Positions 23,998-34,191 of a DNA stretch of 64,000 bases are shown piece after piece (the first letter of the stretch is position 1; every line of letters begins with the position of its first letter). The notes beneath the pieces are model-generated. The model saw nothing but the letters and a program-made list of their open reading frames with translations. It made no database searches and had not been told where the DNA came from. The stretch spans positions 384,001 through 448,000 of the forward strand of contig CAVUWD010000013.1 in NCBI GenBank assembly GCA_963745025.1, in the 5' to 3' direction. This DNA is from an uncultured delta proteobacterium (lineage in GTDB: Bacteria; Desulfobacterota; Binatia; JACPRU01). The position numbers and the translations under genes were made by a program.

Positions 23998-25908
23998 TCA
24001 GATCGACGCCATCGCCGCCGAATTGATCTGGATCTTGGCGCGCCGCTTGAGCTGGTTCAGGAGGGCTTCCATGGCGGCTTGTCGCTGACCATCGACGTGC
24101 CGCTTCACGAGCTCCGCCTTCTTCCTTTCGAATTCGTCCATGTCTGCCGGCTCGTGCTCCTTCAGCACGACCACGTAGGCGTCTTCGCCGACGACGTACG
24201 CTTGCCCGCTCACCGGGTTCTCCTTGGTGAGCGCGAATGCTTCCTTCTTCAGCTCGGGCGCCGAGCCGATCCTCGGCACATAATCGCCGAGCCGGGTGAA
24301 GGGGCCGGTCTCCTCGACGGTGAGCTTCTCGGCAGCGGCGACGTCGTCGAGCGCCTTCTTCTCCAAGATCACCTTGCGCAGCGCCTCCGCGCGGTCGCGT
24401 GCTTTGGCGGTCGCCTGCTCGGCACGGATCGCGCCCGCGACTTTTTCGTGGATCTCCTTGAGCTCCGGCACGTGGGTAGGGATCTTTTCTCGGACGCGGA
24501 AGAGGATCAGCGAATCGCCGATCTGCACGACCGGCCCGACCTGTCCCGGGGCTGTCGTGAAGGCCGACTTGACGAGCTCGGAGGCCCGCGACAGGCCGGA
24601 GATCTCCTCATTCTGCGCAAACGGTGGCGGGCTCTCGACCTGCAGCCCGCGGGCCTTGGCGAGCTCGGCGAGAGACGTACCACCGTTCGCCTTCTCGGAG
24701 TCTACGAACGCGGCATCCCGCGCCGCCACGCGTGCGCGATCCGCGCGCAGGCTCTCGACGATCTCGTCCCGCACTTCGGCGAGAGGCTTTTCGCGAGCGG
24801 CCTTGCGTTCGTCGACTTTGATGATGTGCAGCCCGTGGCTCGTCTCGACCACGCCGGACAGCTCTCCCGCTTGCAGCCCGAAGGCCGCGTTCTCGAATGG
24901 CTCTTCGGTGTGGCCGCGGCGGATGAATCCGAGGTCGCCGCCCTTGTCCTTGTTTGCCTCGTCCTCGGAGACCTCCTTTGCCACGGCGGCGAAGTCCTCG
25001 CCCTTCTTCAGGCGCTCGAGCATCACGGCCGCATGCGCGCGGATCTCCGCGCGCTTCGCTTCGTCGGTATCCGGCGGCACGCTGAACAGGATGTGGCGAG
25101 CGTGAACCTCTTCGGGCTCGCCGTAGCGCTCGGTCTTGTACGTGTTGTACTCCAGCTCGATGTCGGCGTCGCTGACGGTGGCGTCCTTCTCGAAGTCCTT
25201 CGCGTCGTAGCTGACGGTGTCGATCGCCACGCGGTCCGGCTCGCGGAACGCCTCACGATGCTCTTCGTAGTACTTGGAGACGTCAACATCGCTTGGCGTG
25301 ATCTCCTTGACGAGATCGGAACCCTTCACGCGCACGAACGCCAGGTTCACCTTCTCGTTCTCGAACGCGTAGACCTCGCGTGCCCCCACGTCGTCGGCGC
25401 GGATCGAACTCGTCACCAGCTCCTGGACCTTCTGCGTGAGCAAGCGGTCGCGCTGCTCCGACTCGAAGTCGGTCGGGGTGACGCCCTGCATGCGCAGGTA
25501 GCGAAAATAGGCCTCGCGTTGAAAGCGGCCGTCGACGTTGAGCCCCTGTATGCCCTCGATCGCGGCGCGCACTTCCTCGTCGGTGACCGAAAAGCCGAGG
25601 CGCTGCGCCTCCTGCTTGAGCAGCGCCGTGTTGACCATCTGCTCTAGCGCCCGATTCTTGAAATCCAGAGCCTTCATCAGCTCGGGCGTGAGGTTCTCGC
25701 CGTAGAGCTGGCGATAGAAGAGTTCGAGCTGCTGGGCGGCGCGACGGACTTCCTTCGGCTGGATCGCCTCGCCATTGACCGACGCAGCGTAAAGCGAGTC
25801 GCTGCCGGTGAAGGTGCCGACACCCCACAGGACGAAGACCGCGATGATGATCCAGAACAGTATCTTGACCGTCGTCCCCTGAGCGTGACGACGCATGTAG
25901 TTGAGCAT
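23998..25908 (-). CDS. ppiD: PpiD-like membrane-anchored periplasmic chaperone/PPIase
   Basis: N-terminal TM (KILFWIIIAVFVLWG), SurA_N-like region, parvulin VHARHILF...GGDLG...HGLHII. Confidence 0.88.
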   Translation of the reverse strand: MLNYMRRHAQGTTVKILFWIIIAVFVLWGVGTFTGSDSLYAASVNGEAIQPKEVRRAAQQLELFYRQLYGENLTPELMKALDFKNRALEQMVNTALLKQEAQRLGFSVTDEEVRAAIEGIQGLNVDGRFQREAYFRYLRMQGVTPTDFESEQRDRLLTQKVQELVTSSIRADDVGAREVYAFENEKVNLAFVRVKGSDLVKEITPSDVDVSKYYEEHREAFREPDRVAIDTVSYDAKDFEKDATVSDADIELEYNTYKTERYGEPEEVHARHILFSVPPDTDEAKRAEIRAHAAVMLERLKKGEDFAAVAKEVSEDEANKDKGGDLGFIRRGHTEEPFENAAFGLQAGELSGVVETSHGLHIIKVDERKAAREKPLAEVRDEIVESLRADRARVAARDAAFVDSEKANGGTSLAELAKARGLQVESPPPFAQNEEISGLSRASELVKSAFTTAPGQVGPVVQIGDSLILFRVREKIPTHVPELKEIHEKVAGAIRAEQATAKARDRAEALRKVILEKKALDDVAAAEKLTVEETGPFTRLGDYVPRIGSAPELKKEAFALTKENPVSGQAYVVGEDAYVVVLKEHEPADMDEFERKKAELVKRHVDGQRQAAMEALLNQLKRRAKIQINSAAMASI

Positions 25909-25928
25909 GGGTGGTTCCTCGGAGAAAA

Positions 25929-25996
25929 CGGCTACCGGCTTCGGGCTACCGGAAGGGCTCAAGAAGTCTCTTGCGGTAGCCGGTAGTCGGTAGCCG
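25929..25996. repeat. Heptamer-armed palindromic repeat, copy 9 (between divergent genes)
   Basis: GGCTACC GGCTTCG GGCTACC - 24-nt core - GGTAGCC GGTAGTC GGTAGCC. Confidence 0.85.
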
Positions 25997-26049
25997 ATGA
26001 CCTATTGAAGCTATTGAAGCGCCGTGGGAAAAGCAAATTCGCCAGCTCT

Positions 26050-26325
26050 ATGCGCGATCTCATCGAAGTCTTCGTCCGTCTCCGCCCCGAAGACATCGCC
26101 TACCTGAAGTTCATCTTCGAATCGTACGAGATGGTTGGCTTCCTCCGTACGGTCGATCCCAAAGCGGCGACGCTCGTCGTCTTCCTCGTCCCCGATTTCG
26201 CGGAGGTAGGTCTCAGGATCCTCGATTCCGTTTCCCGCGAGATCCAGATCGAGCGAATCGACTGCCCGGCGGATCTCGGCGATGACTGGCTCGTAGGCGT
26301 CGTCGCCCGCGCAGTGGGCGACTGA
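26050..26325 (+). CDS. DUF4911-like protein
   Basis: DIAYLKFIFESYE.VG..RTVDP. Confidence 0.75.
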   Translation: MRDLIEVFVRLRPEDIAYLKFIFESYEMVGFLRTVDPKAATLVVFLVPDFAEVGLRILDSVSREIQIERIDCPADLGDDWLVGVVARAVGD

Positions 26326-26472
26326 TCCGCGAGCGATGTGATCCAATTGCGATCTGCGCTCTCACCCCGCTGAGCCCCCGTCATCGCGGGAGGTGCTCGA
26401 TCCTCAGCCCCACCGCCGTGTTGGCCCTCGACGTCCCCTACCAGCGGGCCCACTGAGCCGGCATCCCGACGC

Positions 26473-27246
26473 TCAACCCCCTGCGCTCGGCCGCTCGTCA
26501 GCGGGCGAGTCGGTAGCTCCCCGCGCAGGCCTGCCGAACGCGTAGGCGACGCCGATGCTCGCGACGTAGAGCACGAGCAGCGGAGTGGCCATCAGCATCT
26601 GCGAGGCGACGTCGGGTCCCGGGGTCAACACGGCCGCAACGATGAAGATGCCGACCATGGAATAGCGCCACGCGCCGATCATCATCTTGTGGTTCACGAT
26701 GCCGGTTCGCGCGAGAAAGAATGTGAACACCGGCAGCTCGAACACCACGCCGAACGCGAGCAGCATGCGCGAGGCGAACGAGAGATATTCGCTGACCTTG
26801 AGAAACGGCTCGATCGAAACGCTCGCGTACTCGTCGATGAAGAAGCCAAATGCGGTCGGGAAGACGAAGCGGTAGCAGAAATACGCGCCGGACACGAAGA
26901 AGAACGTGCCGAAGAACACGAACGGCTTCACGTAACGCTTCTCGTGATCGTAGAGCCCCGGCGCGACGAACTTCCAGATCTGGTAGAAGATCACCGGGCT
27001 CGCGAGAAAGATGCCGGCGAAGAACGCCACTTTGAGCTTGGTGAAGAAGGCTTCGGCGACCCCCGTGCCGATGACCTGCACCTTCTCGGGGTCGAACTGC
27101 TTGATTGGCGCGATCAGCCACCGCATGAGCGGCTCAACCACCTGGTAGCAGGCCACGAAGGCCACGCCGACCGCGACGAGCATTTTGATCAGCCGGCTGC
27201 GCAGCTCCTCGAGATGCGCGGTCAGCGGCAGCTTGACGTCTTCCAT
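26473..27246 (-). CDS. tatC: Twin-arginine translocase TatC
   Basis: HLEELRSRL, YQIWKFVAPGLY..E, FELP, AAVLTPGPD. Confidence 0.96.
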   Translation of the reverse strand: MEDVKLPLTAHLEELRSRLIKMLVAVGVAFVACYQVVEPLMRWLIAPIKQFDPEKVQVIGTGVAEAFFTKLKVAFFAGIFLASPVIFYQIWKFVAPGLYDHEKRYVKPFVFFGTFFFVSGAYFCYRFVFPTAFGFFIDEYASVSIEPFLKVSEYLSFASRMLLAFGVVFELPVFTFFLARTGIVNHKMMIGAWRYSMVGIFIVAAVLTPGPDVASQMLMATPLLVLYVASIGVAYAFGRPARGATDSPADERPSAGG

Positions 27247-27288
27247 CGGAGCGCGCGCGGTGCGGGCGGAAGGCGCCTGGGATTCAGG

Positions 27289-27603
27289 CTAGCTCGCGGC
27301 CGACGGCGGTGTGCCCGCGTCCGGCAGTGCACCGGACCGAGGCTCTGCCCCGGCTGTTGCCTTCGGCTCCGCACCCGTGGCTGCCGCGATCCGGTTCGGC
27401 GTCGGCTCGGAGGCCTTGCGTGCCTCGTCCTCGAGCATCGCCCTGGCGTTCTCGAGCTCCTGGCTGATGCCGGAGGTCGCCTTGCGGAACTCCGCCATGG
27501 CCTTGCCGAGCGCTCGGGCGATCTCCGGAAGCCGCTGAGGGCCGAGCACGATCAGAGCCACGGCCAGAATCACGACCAGCTCCGGCATGCCGATGTTGAA
27601 CAT
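27289..27603 (-). CDS. tatB: Twin-arginine translocase TatB/TatA family subunit
   Basis: [27 protein letters not shown]. Confidence 0.88.
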   Translation of the reverse strand: MFNIGMPELVVILAVALIVLGPQRLPEIARALGKAMAEFRKATSGISQELENARAMLEDEARKASEPTPNRIAAATGAEPKATAGAEPRSGALPDAGTPPSAAS

Positions 27604-27706
27604 CGACATCGAACGCTAATGGAATCGATCGAGCGAGTCAAAGGTGCGCCGACGGTGAATTCCAGGGTTTGCCTCCTCGGTCAGCGGTCGCTATAGAGAC
27701 GTTTCT

Positions 27707-28690
27707 GTGAAATCCAAGACGGCCCCCGTTTTCTCCGCTAGGTTCGGGGTTTCGCGGAGTCGGGTCGCGCCTCCCGAGACGCCGCATGAGGGGAGGCTTC
27801 CCCGCTTGCGGGCCGCACTCCGATTCGACGGCCTGTGGTGGCGGAAGCTCGCGTGGCTCGGCTGCGTGTACGGTCCCGAGTGGTGGAGGCGCGGGTCGCC
27901 GCCGGTGATCGCGTTCATCGTCTTTCTGCTCGTCGGGCAGAATCGGCGGGGCGCGATCGAGAATCAGGCGCGAGCGCGCGTGGAGCGTCGGCGATGGCGC
28001 GCCGCGCTAGCCGCCTACCGCATGTTCGCGACCTTCGCGCGCTGCTTTACCGAGACCACGGAATTCTACGGGCCGCGGCCGCGGCGTGTCCGGATCGACG
28101 AGCCCGAACGGAACTACGTAGCCGAGGCGCTCGAGCGGGGTCGGGGGGTGATTCTCGCGACCGCACACGTCGGCAACTGGGACATCTCGGGCCGCGCGCT
28201 GCACGCAACCGGCCACCCCGTCAACCTCGTCATGGGCCGTGAGCCGAACGAAACGACCCAGGAGTACGCGCGGCGAAACCGCGAGCAGACCGGTATGCGC
28301 GTGATCTATGCCGATAGCTCCGTCTTCTCCGCCTTCAACATGATCCGGGCGCTTCGCCGAAACGAGATCCTGGCGATCCAGATCGACCGCGGCAACGGCG
28401 CGCCCGACTCGGCGAAGCCGATCGAGTTCTTCGGTGCCCCCGCTTTGTTCCAGGAGGGGCCGTTTCACCTCGCGCGGCTGTCCGGCGCGCCCGTCGTGCC
28501 GGTGTTTACGCTGCGCCGCGGGCTCCGCCACTATCAGGTCTTGCTCGGCGAGCCGCGCTGGGTCTCGCGCGAAATTTCCGACGACACCGAACGGGCTCTC
28601 CGCGAGACCGTGGCGTTCTTGGAGGCCACGATCCGCGAGCATCCAGAGCAGTGGTTCCAGTTCGCGCCTTTCTGGCCGCCGGCGCGATGA
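27707..28690 (+). CDS. LpxL/HtrB-like lipid acyltransferase
   Basis: GVILATAHVGNWD, IDR, FFG.PA, P.QWFQF..FW; start codon uncertain. Confidence 0.85.
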   Translation: MKSKTAPVFSARFGVSRSRVAPPETPHEGRLPRLRAALRFDGLWWRKLAWLGCVYGPEWWRRGSPPVIAFIVFLLVGQNRRGAIENQARARVERRRWRAALAAYRMFATFARCFTETTEFYGPRPRRVRIDEPERNYVAEALERGRGVILATAHVGNWDISGRALHATGHPVNLVMGREPNETTQEYARRNREQTGMRVIYADSSVFSAFNMIRALRRNEILAIQIDRGNGAPDSAKPIEFFGAPALFQEGPFHLARLSGAPVVPVFTLRRGLRHYQVLLGEPRWVSREISDDTERALRETVAFLEATIREHPEQWFQFAPFWPPAR

Positions 28691-30039
28691 AGATCTACCT
28701 GATCTCGCCGAGTCACTACAATCCCGACGGCTCGATCCACAGGACGACGCGCTACTGGACGAGCGGCACGACGCTGCCGTACCTGAAGCGGCTCACACCG
28801 CCGGAGCACGAAGTGGCGATGGTCGACGAGCTCTTCTACGACGTCGACCTCGATTCCGACGCAGACGTCGTCGGGCTTACGGCGATGGGTCCGCAGATCG
28901 CCCGTGCCTATGATCTGGCCGATCACTTTCGGGCACGCGGAAAGAAGGTCGTGCTCGGCGGTACGTGGGTGACGCTCACGGCCGAAGAGTCGCGCAGGCA
29001 CGCCGACGCCGTCGTTGCCGGCGAGGCCGAGCTCGTCTGGTCGACCGTGCTCGCCGATCTCGCGGCCGGCGGCTCGCAGGGCATCTACCGCGCAGCCGAG
29101 TGGCACTCGCTGCGCGACCTGCCGGCGATCGATTATCGGGAGCTGCCGCTGCTCAAGTGGGAGGCGTTCCAGAAGAGCCGGCTCTACCGCATGTATTTTC
29201 ACTGGCCGATCGTGTTCTCGCGCGGCTGCCCTCACCCCTGCGAGTACTGCGCGGTGCAGACGTACTACCGCCGGAGCTACCGCACCCGGCCGATGGACGA
29301 CGTGCTCGCCGACATCGAGCAAATCCGCAGCCTGGGCGGCGATCGCCTGCTGTTCTTGGACGACAATCCGATCGCGCGAGCCGAGGATGCCAAGCAGCTC
29401 TTCCGGGCGATGATTCCCTACAAGATGAAGTGGGCGAGCCAGTCGACGATCAACATCGCGCGCGACGACGAGCTTCTCGACCTCGCCGCCCGCTCCGGCT
29501 GCGTGAGCCTTTCGATCGGGCTCGAGAGCGTGAACGAGGAGAGCCTCGAGGGCGTGGGGAAGGGGTTCAACTCGCCGAAGCGCTTCAGCCGCGATCTGAA
29601 GGCGATCCGCGACACAGGGATCCAAGTGATCGCGCTCATCATGGTCGGGCTCGACGGCGACGACGTTGGCACGTTCGGCCGCACGCTGGAATTTCTGATC
29701 GACAACAAGATCGCGTTTCTGAAAATGTTCACGCCGTGCCCGTACCCTGGCACGAAATACCACGCCGACTTGAAAGCGGCGGGCCGGATCCTGACCGACG
29801 ACCTCCGCCGCTACGATTACGGTAGCCCGATCATCTCGCCGCTCCACATGACGGCGAGTCAGATGATGGACGGCTTCAAAGACGTCTATTCGAGGTTCTA
29901 TTCGCTCGGGGCGATTGCTCGCCGGCTGCTGCCGCCGCCGCGGGGCAATTGGCTCGAGACCGCGGCCTACGCGGTCGCCAACGTCAAGGTGAACCGCTTC
30001 TTGCGCCGCAACCCCGAGGCATGGGGGACGATCAGCTGA
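28687..30039 (+). CDS. B12-binding radical SAM protein
   Basis: VVLGG...GEAE N-terminal domain; SRGCPHPCEYC; FLDDN; GLES; PYPGT. Confidence 0.9.
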   Translation: MKIYLISPSHYNPDGSIHRTTRYWTSGTTLPYLKRLTPPEHEVAMVDELFYDVDLDSDADVVGLTAMGPQIARAYDLADHFRARGKKVVLGGTWVTLTAEESRRHADAVVAGEAELVWSTVLADLAAGGSQGIYRAAEWHSLRDLPAIDYRELPLLKWEAFQKSRLYRMYFHWPIVFSRGCPHPCEYCAVQTYYRRSYRTRPMDDVLADIEQIRSLGGDRLLFLDDNPIARAEDAKQLFRAMIPYKMKWASQSTINIARDDELLDLAARSGCVSLSIGLESVNEESLEGVGKGFNSPKRFSRDLKAIRDTGIQVIALIMVGLDGDDVGTFGRTLEFLIDNKIAFLKMFTPCPYPGTKYHADLKAAGRILTDDLRRYDYGSPIISPLHMTASQMMDGFKDVYSRFYSLGAIARRLLPPPRGNWLETAAYAVANVKVNRFLRRNPEAWGTIS

Positions 30040-30161
30040 ACGAATCGCTTCGGGCTACGGGCGCCGATCGCCACGGCGCCCCGCGACGCGATTTGCCGCG
30101 TGATTGACAATCTGCGGCGCGCGCGGGAGGTATCGGTCGTCCCGATCCGACCGCCCCACCC

Positions 30162-30920
30162 GTGAGCGACCCGCAACCCACCGCCGTAGACGTCCGAGAG
30201 AGCGTCACGAGCGGCCTGCGCGTCGCCGTCAACCGGCAGATCTTTCGCGGAATACTCTTCAGCATGGGGGCGACCGCCCTGGCGATGGCGCGCCTCGGCG
30301 TGCCGCAGTCAATGATTTGGTCGTTCGCCAAGCTTCAGGCGCGAAACGCCTGCCGCGCCCTCGGCGTGCGCGTGACCATCCGCGGGAAAGAGCTCGCCGC
30401 CGAGGGCGGTCCTTACATCTTCACGCCGAATCACCAGGCGCACATCGACATCGCGGCGCTGCTCGGCTACCTGCCGGGCAACAATCGCTTCGCGTCGAAG
30501 AAGGAGCTCTTCGACGAGCCCGTGCTCGGAGCGGTGATGCGCACCCTCGGCATGCTGCCGGTCGATCGCGACGATCCGATGCAGTCGATCGACGTGCTGA
30601 ACCGCGCGCTGAGAGAGGGGCACTCGATCATCATCTTTCCCGAGGGCACTCGCAGTCGCGACGGCCGCCTGCTGCCGTTCAAGAAAGGAGCGTTCGTGGC
30701 GGCGATCGAGATGGGCTACCCGATCGTGCCGGTGATCGTGAAGGGCACGCGGCGCGTGATGCCGAAGGGCGGCTATCTGTCGATCCACCCGGGCAACGTG
30801 GAGATCGTGGTCAAGCCGCCGATCGCGACGCGCGGCCTCGACTACCACGACCGCGAGCGGCTGCGCGATGCCGTGCGCGAGATCATCGCCGAGGAGTTTT
30901 CGCGGCCGATGGCCGCATGA
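30162..30920 (+). CDS. 1-acyl-glycerol-3-phosphate acyltransferase (PlsC family)
   Basis: NHQAHID, FPEGTRS, FKKGAF. Confidence 0.9.
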   Translation: MSDPQPTAVDVRESVTSGLRVAVNRQIFRGILFSMGATALAMARLGVPQSMIWSFAKLQARNACRALGVRVTIRGKELAAEGGPYIFTPNHQAHIDIAALLGYLPGNNRFASKKELFDEPVLGAVMRTLGMLPVDRDDPMQSIDVLNRALREGHSIIIFPEGTRSRDGRLLPFKKGAFVAAIEMGYPIVPVIVKGTRRVMPKGGYLSIHPGNVEIVVKPPIATRGLDYHDRERLRDAVREIIAEEFSRPMAA

Positions 30921-31606
30921 GCGACCTCCCGCCGTCTTATGCCGTGCTGATTCCGGCCCTCGACTGCGCGGCGACGATCGGCGACGTCGTGCGCGGCTGT
31001 CGCGAGCACGTGCCCGTCGTGCTCGTCGTCGATGACGGTTCGAGCGACGCCACGGCGGAGGAGGCCCGCTCGGCCGGCGCCGAGGTCTGCTCGCACGGCG
31101 AGAACCTCGGCAAGGGAGCCGCGCTCCTTTCCGGCCTTCGCCATCTCGCGGAGCGCGGATTCTCCCACGCGGTGAGCCTCGACGGAGACGGACAGCACCT
31201 CCCGTCGGAAATTCCGAAGCTCGTCGCCGAATCGACATCCCATCCGGGGGCGCTCATCACAGGCTCGCGGGAGATCGAGTCGGCGGTCGCCGTCATCAAC
31301 CGCTTCGGCAACGAGTTCGCCAACCTCTGGGTGTGGATCGCCACGGGGCGCGATCTCGGCGATACGCAGTGCGGCCAACGCGTCTATCCGATCGCGCCGA
31401 CGCTTGCGCTCGGCCCCGTAGGTCGCCGCTTCGAGTTCGAGACCGAGATCCTGATCCGTGGCGTGCGCGCAGGGATGGAGATCCGCTCCGTGCCCGTGCG
31501 CGTCTACTACCCCCCGCCCGAGCTCCGCCGCAGCCACTACGACAAGCTCTGGGACACGGTGCGAATCGTCGACATGGTGGTGGGGCTCATGCTGCGGTTG
31601 CGCTGA
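30917..31606 (+). CDS. Glycosyltransferase family 2 (DPM1-like)
   Basis: VVDDGSSD, GKGAAL, DGDGQH, DTQCG, FEFETE. Confidence 0.9.
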   Translation: MSDLPPSYAVLIPALDCAATIGDVVRGCREHVPVVLVVDDGSSDATAEEARSAGAEVCSHGENLGKGAALLSGLRHLAERGFSHAVSLDGDGQHLPSEIPKLVAESTSHPGALITGSREIESAVAVINRFGNEFANLWVWIATGRDLGDTQCGQRVYPIAPTLALGPVGRRFEFETEILIRGVRAGMEIRSVPVRVYYPPPELRRSHYDKLWDTVRIVDMVVGLMLRLR

Positions 31607-31670
31607 GACAGGCGATCACGTCGCCCGCGTTTCATTCGAGTCCCTCCTGATGCGATAGACGCCCAGCGAG

Positions 31671-31877
31671 TCAATCGTCGGAATCGCCCTGGTCCGAATC
31701 GTCCGATCCGGAATCGTCGGAGGAGGAGCCGTCCGCGTCTTGCGATGTATCGCTGGCGACGCGGTGGCCCTCCGAGATCGCCGCACCCCGCCAGGCCGAT
31801 CGCCGTCCCTCACCCGGCAGGTACAGGCAGAGCACCATCGCCGAGATCGCCATCCAGCCGAAGAACGATGAGGACAT
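31671..31877 (-). CDS. Small hypothetical protein (N-terminal hydrophobic, acidic tail)
   Basis: AAGGGAG RBS; Ser/Asp-rich C-terminus. Confidence 0.45.
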   Translation of the reverse strand: MSSSFFGWMAISAMVLCLYLPGEGRRSAWRGAAISEGHRVASDTSQDADGSSSDDSGSDDSDQGDSDD

Positions 31878-31975
31878 AGAAATCTCCCTTCTCCAGAGCC
31901 ACGCTTCGGGCTCTCGAAGGTCAGACGCTCCAACCCGCGAATCGGTTTACCGCAAAAAGGGGGCCAGGCCCGTTT

Positions 31976-33292
31976 CTATCGTTTGCGGATTCTTTCCAAC
32001 CGCTCGCGAATCGTCTTCTCGAAGCCGTTCTCGGTCGGCTGGTAGTACGTCCGCCCCTCGAGCTCCCCGGGACGATGCTGCTGCCGCACGACGTTTTCCG
32101 CGTGCGCGTGGGCGTACTCGTAATCCTTGCCGTAACCGAGATCCTTCATGAGCGATGTCGGCGCGTTGCGCATTACCAGCGGCACGGCGAGCGCGCCGTG
32201 CGACTTCACGTCGGCGAGGGCCTCGTTCATCGCGGCGTAGGCCGCGTTCGATTTCGGCGCGGTCGCGAGATATGCCACCCCCATCGCCAGCGGGATGCGG
32301 CCCTCCGGCAGGCCGACGAAGTGCACGGCGTCTTTCACGGCGTTGGCGACGACGAGCGCCTGCGGGTCGGCGGTGCCGATGTCCTCGGCGGCGAGGATCA
32401 CCATGCGCCGGGCGATGAACAAGGGGTCCTCGCCGGCCTCGATCATGCGCATGAGCCAGTAGACGGCGGCATCGGGATCGCTGTCACGGAGGCTCTTGAT
32501 GAATGCGGAAATGACGTTGTAGTGCTCCTCGCCCGCGCGATCGTAGAGGAGCGTCTTCTTCTGCGCGGCCTCCTCGGCGGCCGCGAGATCGATCGTCTTG
32601 CTGCGGTTCCGCGCGACGATCCCGGCGGCGACCTCGAGCGCGCCGAGCGCACGCCGCGCGTCCCCTTGCGCGGTCGCGATCAGGAAGTCGCGGGCCTCGG
32701 GAGAGAGCGCGAGCCCGAGCGTGCCGAGGCCGCGTTCACGATCGGCGAGCGCCCGCTCGAGGATTTGCCGCAGCTCCGCTTCGCCGAGCGGATGGAGCAC
32801 GATCACGCGCGAGCGTGACAGCAGCGGCGCGATCACCTCGAAGGAGGGATTCTCGGTCGTCGCGCCGAACAGCACCACGGTGCCGCGCTCGACGTGCGGC
32901 AAGAGCGCATCCTGCTGCGCCTTGTTGAAGCGATGGATCTCGTCGACGAAGAGCACGGTCTTCCGGCCGTGCATCGCGAAGCGTGAGTCCGCTTGCTCGA
33001 TGGCCTGCCGGATGTCCTTCACGCCGGCGAGCACGGCGGAGAAGGAGGCCCACTCGGCGCCCGCCGCCTCGGCGAGCAGGCGGGCGAGCGTCGTCTTGCC
33101 GCTACCCGGCGGCCCCCAGAGGACGAGCGAATGGAGCGTCTTGGCATCCACCATCTGGCGGAGCAGGTGGCCGGGCCCGAGTAGATGCTCCTGGCCGACG
33201 AAGTCGTCGAGCGCCGCCGGCCGCATGCGCTCGGCGAGCGGCGCGGTCTCGGCGCGCTTCTTGTCGGCAGCAGCGGTGAAAAGGTTGGGCAT
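31976..33292 (-). CDS. rarA: Replication-associated recombination protein A (MgsA)
   Basis: PLAERMRP, GPPGSGKTT, DEIHRFNKAQQD, ATTENP, ISAFIKS, GYG..Y.YAH. Confidence 0.96.
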   Translation of the reverse strand: MPNLFTAAADKKRAETAPLAERMRPAALDDFVGQEHLLGPGHLLRQMVDAKTLHSLVLWGPPGSGKTTLARLLAEAAGAEWASFSAVLAGVKDIRQAIEQADSRFAMHGRKTVLFVDEIHRFNKAQQDALLPHVERGTVVLFGATTENPSFEVIAPLLSRSRVIVLHPLGEAELRQILERALADRERGLGTLGLALSPEARDFLIATAQGDARRALGALEVAAGIVARNRSKTIDLAAAEEAAQKKTLLYDRAGEEHYNVISAFIKSLRDSDPDAAVYWLMRMIEAGEDPLFIARRMVILAAEDIGTADPQALVVANAVKDAVHFVGLPEGRIPLAMGVAYLATAPKSNAAYAAMNEALADVKSHGALAVPLVMRNAPTSLMKDLGYGKDYEYAHAHAENVVRQQHRPGELEGRTYYQPTENGFEKTIRERLERIRKR

Positions 33293-33322
33293 GGCGCGCG
33301 CTTTATTCTAGAACAACCGAAG

Positions 33323-34177
33323 ATGAAGAACATCGGCATCGTTGCCAAGCGAAACCAGCCCAAGGCGGTCGCGCTCGCCCGGCGGCTCGTGACCTGGCTT
33401 CGCCGCAAGCGCCGCACGGTCCTGCTCGAGGCCGAGGTGGCGAAGGCGCTTCGCCTTGCGGACGGTGTCAGCAAGCAGGAGATGATGGCCCGCGCGGACC
33501 TCGTCATCGTGCTCGGCGGCGACGGGACCCTGCTCAGCGTGGCGCGCCATTCGGGAGCCCGGCGCGTGCCGGTGCTCGGGGTGAACCTGGGCGGCCTCGG
33601 ATTTCTCACCGACGTCCGACCCGAGGAGATCTTTCCCGCGCTCGAGCGCGTGTTCGGCGGCCAGTATCAGCTCGAGCAGCGGAGCATGCTCGAGGCCGCG
33701 GCGATGCGGAACGGGAAGGTGGTGCAGCGCTTCCAGGCTCTCAACGACGTGGTGATCAACAAGGGAGCGCTGGCACGCATCCTCGACCTCGAGACTTCCG
33801 TGGATGGAACGCCGATCTGTACGTACAAGGCCGACGGGCTGATCGTCGCCACGCCGACCGGGTCGACCGCGTACTCGCTCTCGGCCGGGGGCGCGATCGT
33901 CGAGCCGTCGGTCGGCGTGGTGCTCGTCTCGCCGATCTGCCCGCACACGCTGACCCAGCGGCCGATCGTTCTGCCCGGCCGGTCACACTTGCGCATTGCC
34001 GTGCGCTCGCCGGACGAGGACGTCGTGCTCACGGTCGACGGACAGGAAGGCATGAAGCTCGCGAACAACGACGTCGTGGAGGTGCGCGCGTCCAAGAATC
34101 GCGTCTTGCTGGTGCGCTCGCCGACCCACAGCTTCTTCGAGCTACTGCGCACCAAGCTGCGCTGGGGCGAGCGTTAG
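33323..34177 (+). CDS. nadK: NAD(+) kinase
   Basis: GGDGT, NLG.LGFL, LND, DGLIVATPTGSTAYSLSAGG. Confidence 0.96.
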   Translation: MKNIGIVAKRNQPKAVALARRLVTWLRRKRRTVLLEAEVAKALRLADGVSKQEMMARADLVIVLGGDGTLLSVARHSGARRVPVLGVNLGGLGFLTDVRPEEIFPALERVFGGQYQLEQRSMLEAAAMRNGKVVQRFQALNDVVINKGALARILDLETSVDGTPICTYKADGLIVATPTGSTAYSLSAGGAIVEPSVGVVLVSPICPHTLTQRPIVLPGRSHLRIAVRSPDEDVVLTVDGQEGMKLANNDVVEVRASKNRVLLVRSPTHSFFELLRTKLRWGER

Positions 34178-34191
34178 GGTTCGGACGCGAG

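Noticed and set aside
23881-25647. Long antisense/alternate-frame ORFs (e.g. 588 aa at 23881 +, 448 aa at 38016 -, 437 aa at 28534 -)
   Set aside because: Shadow ORFs of real genes caused by high GC3; no recognisable motifs.
26340-26470. Possible ncRNA (SRP, 6S, riboswitch) between DUF4911 and tatC
   Set aside because: Some pairing (CCCGCTG/CAGCGGG) but no diagnostic motif of any family I know; GC-rich pairing is expected by chance.
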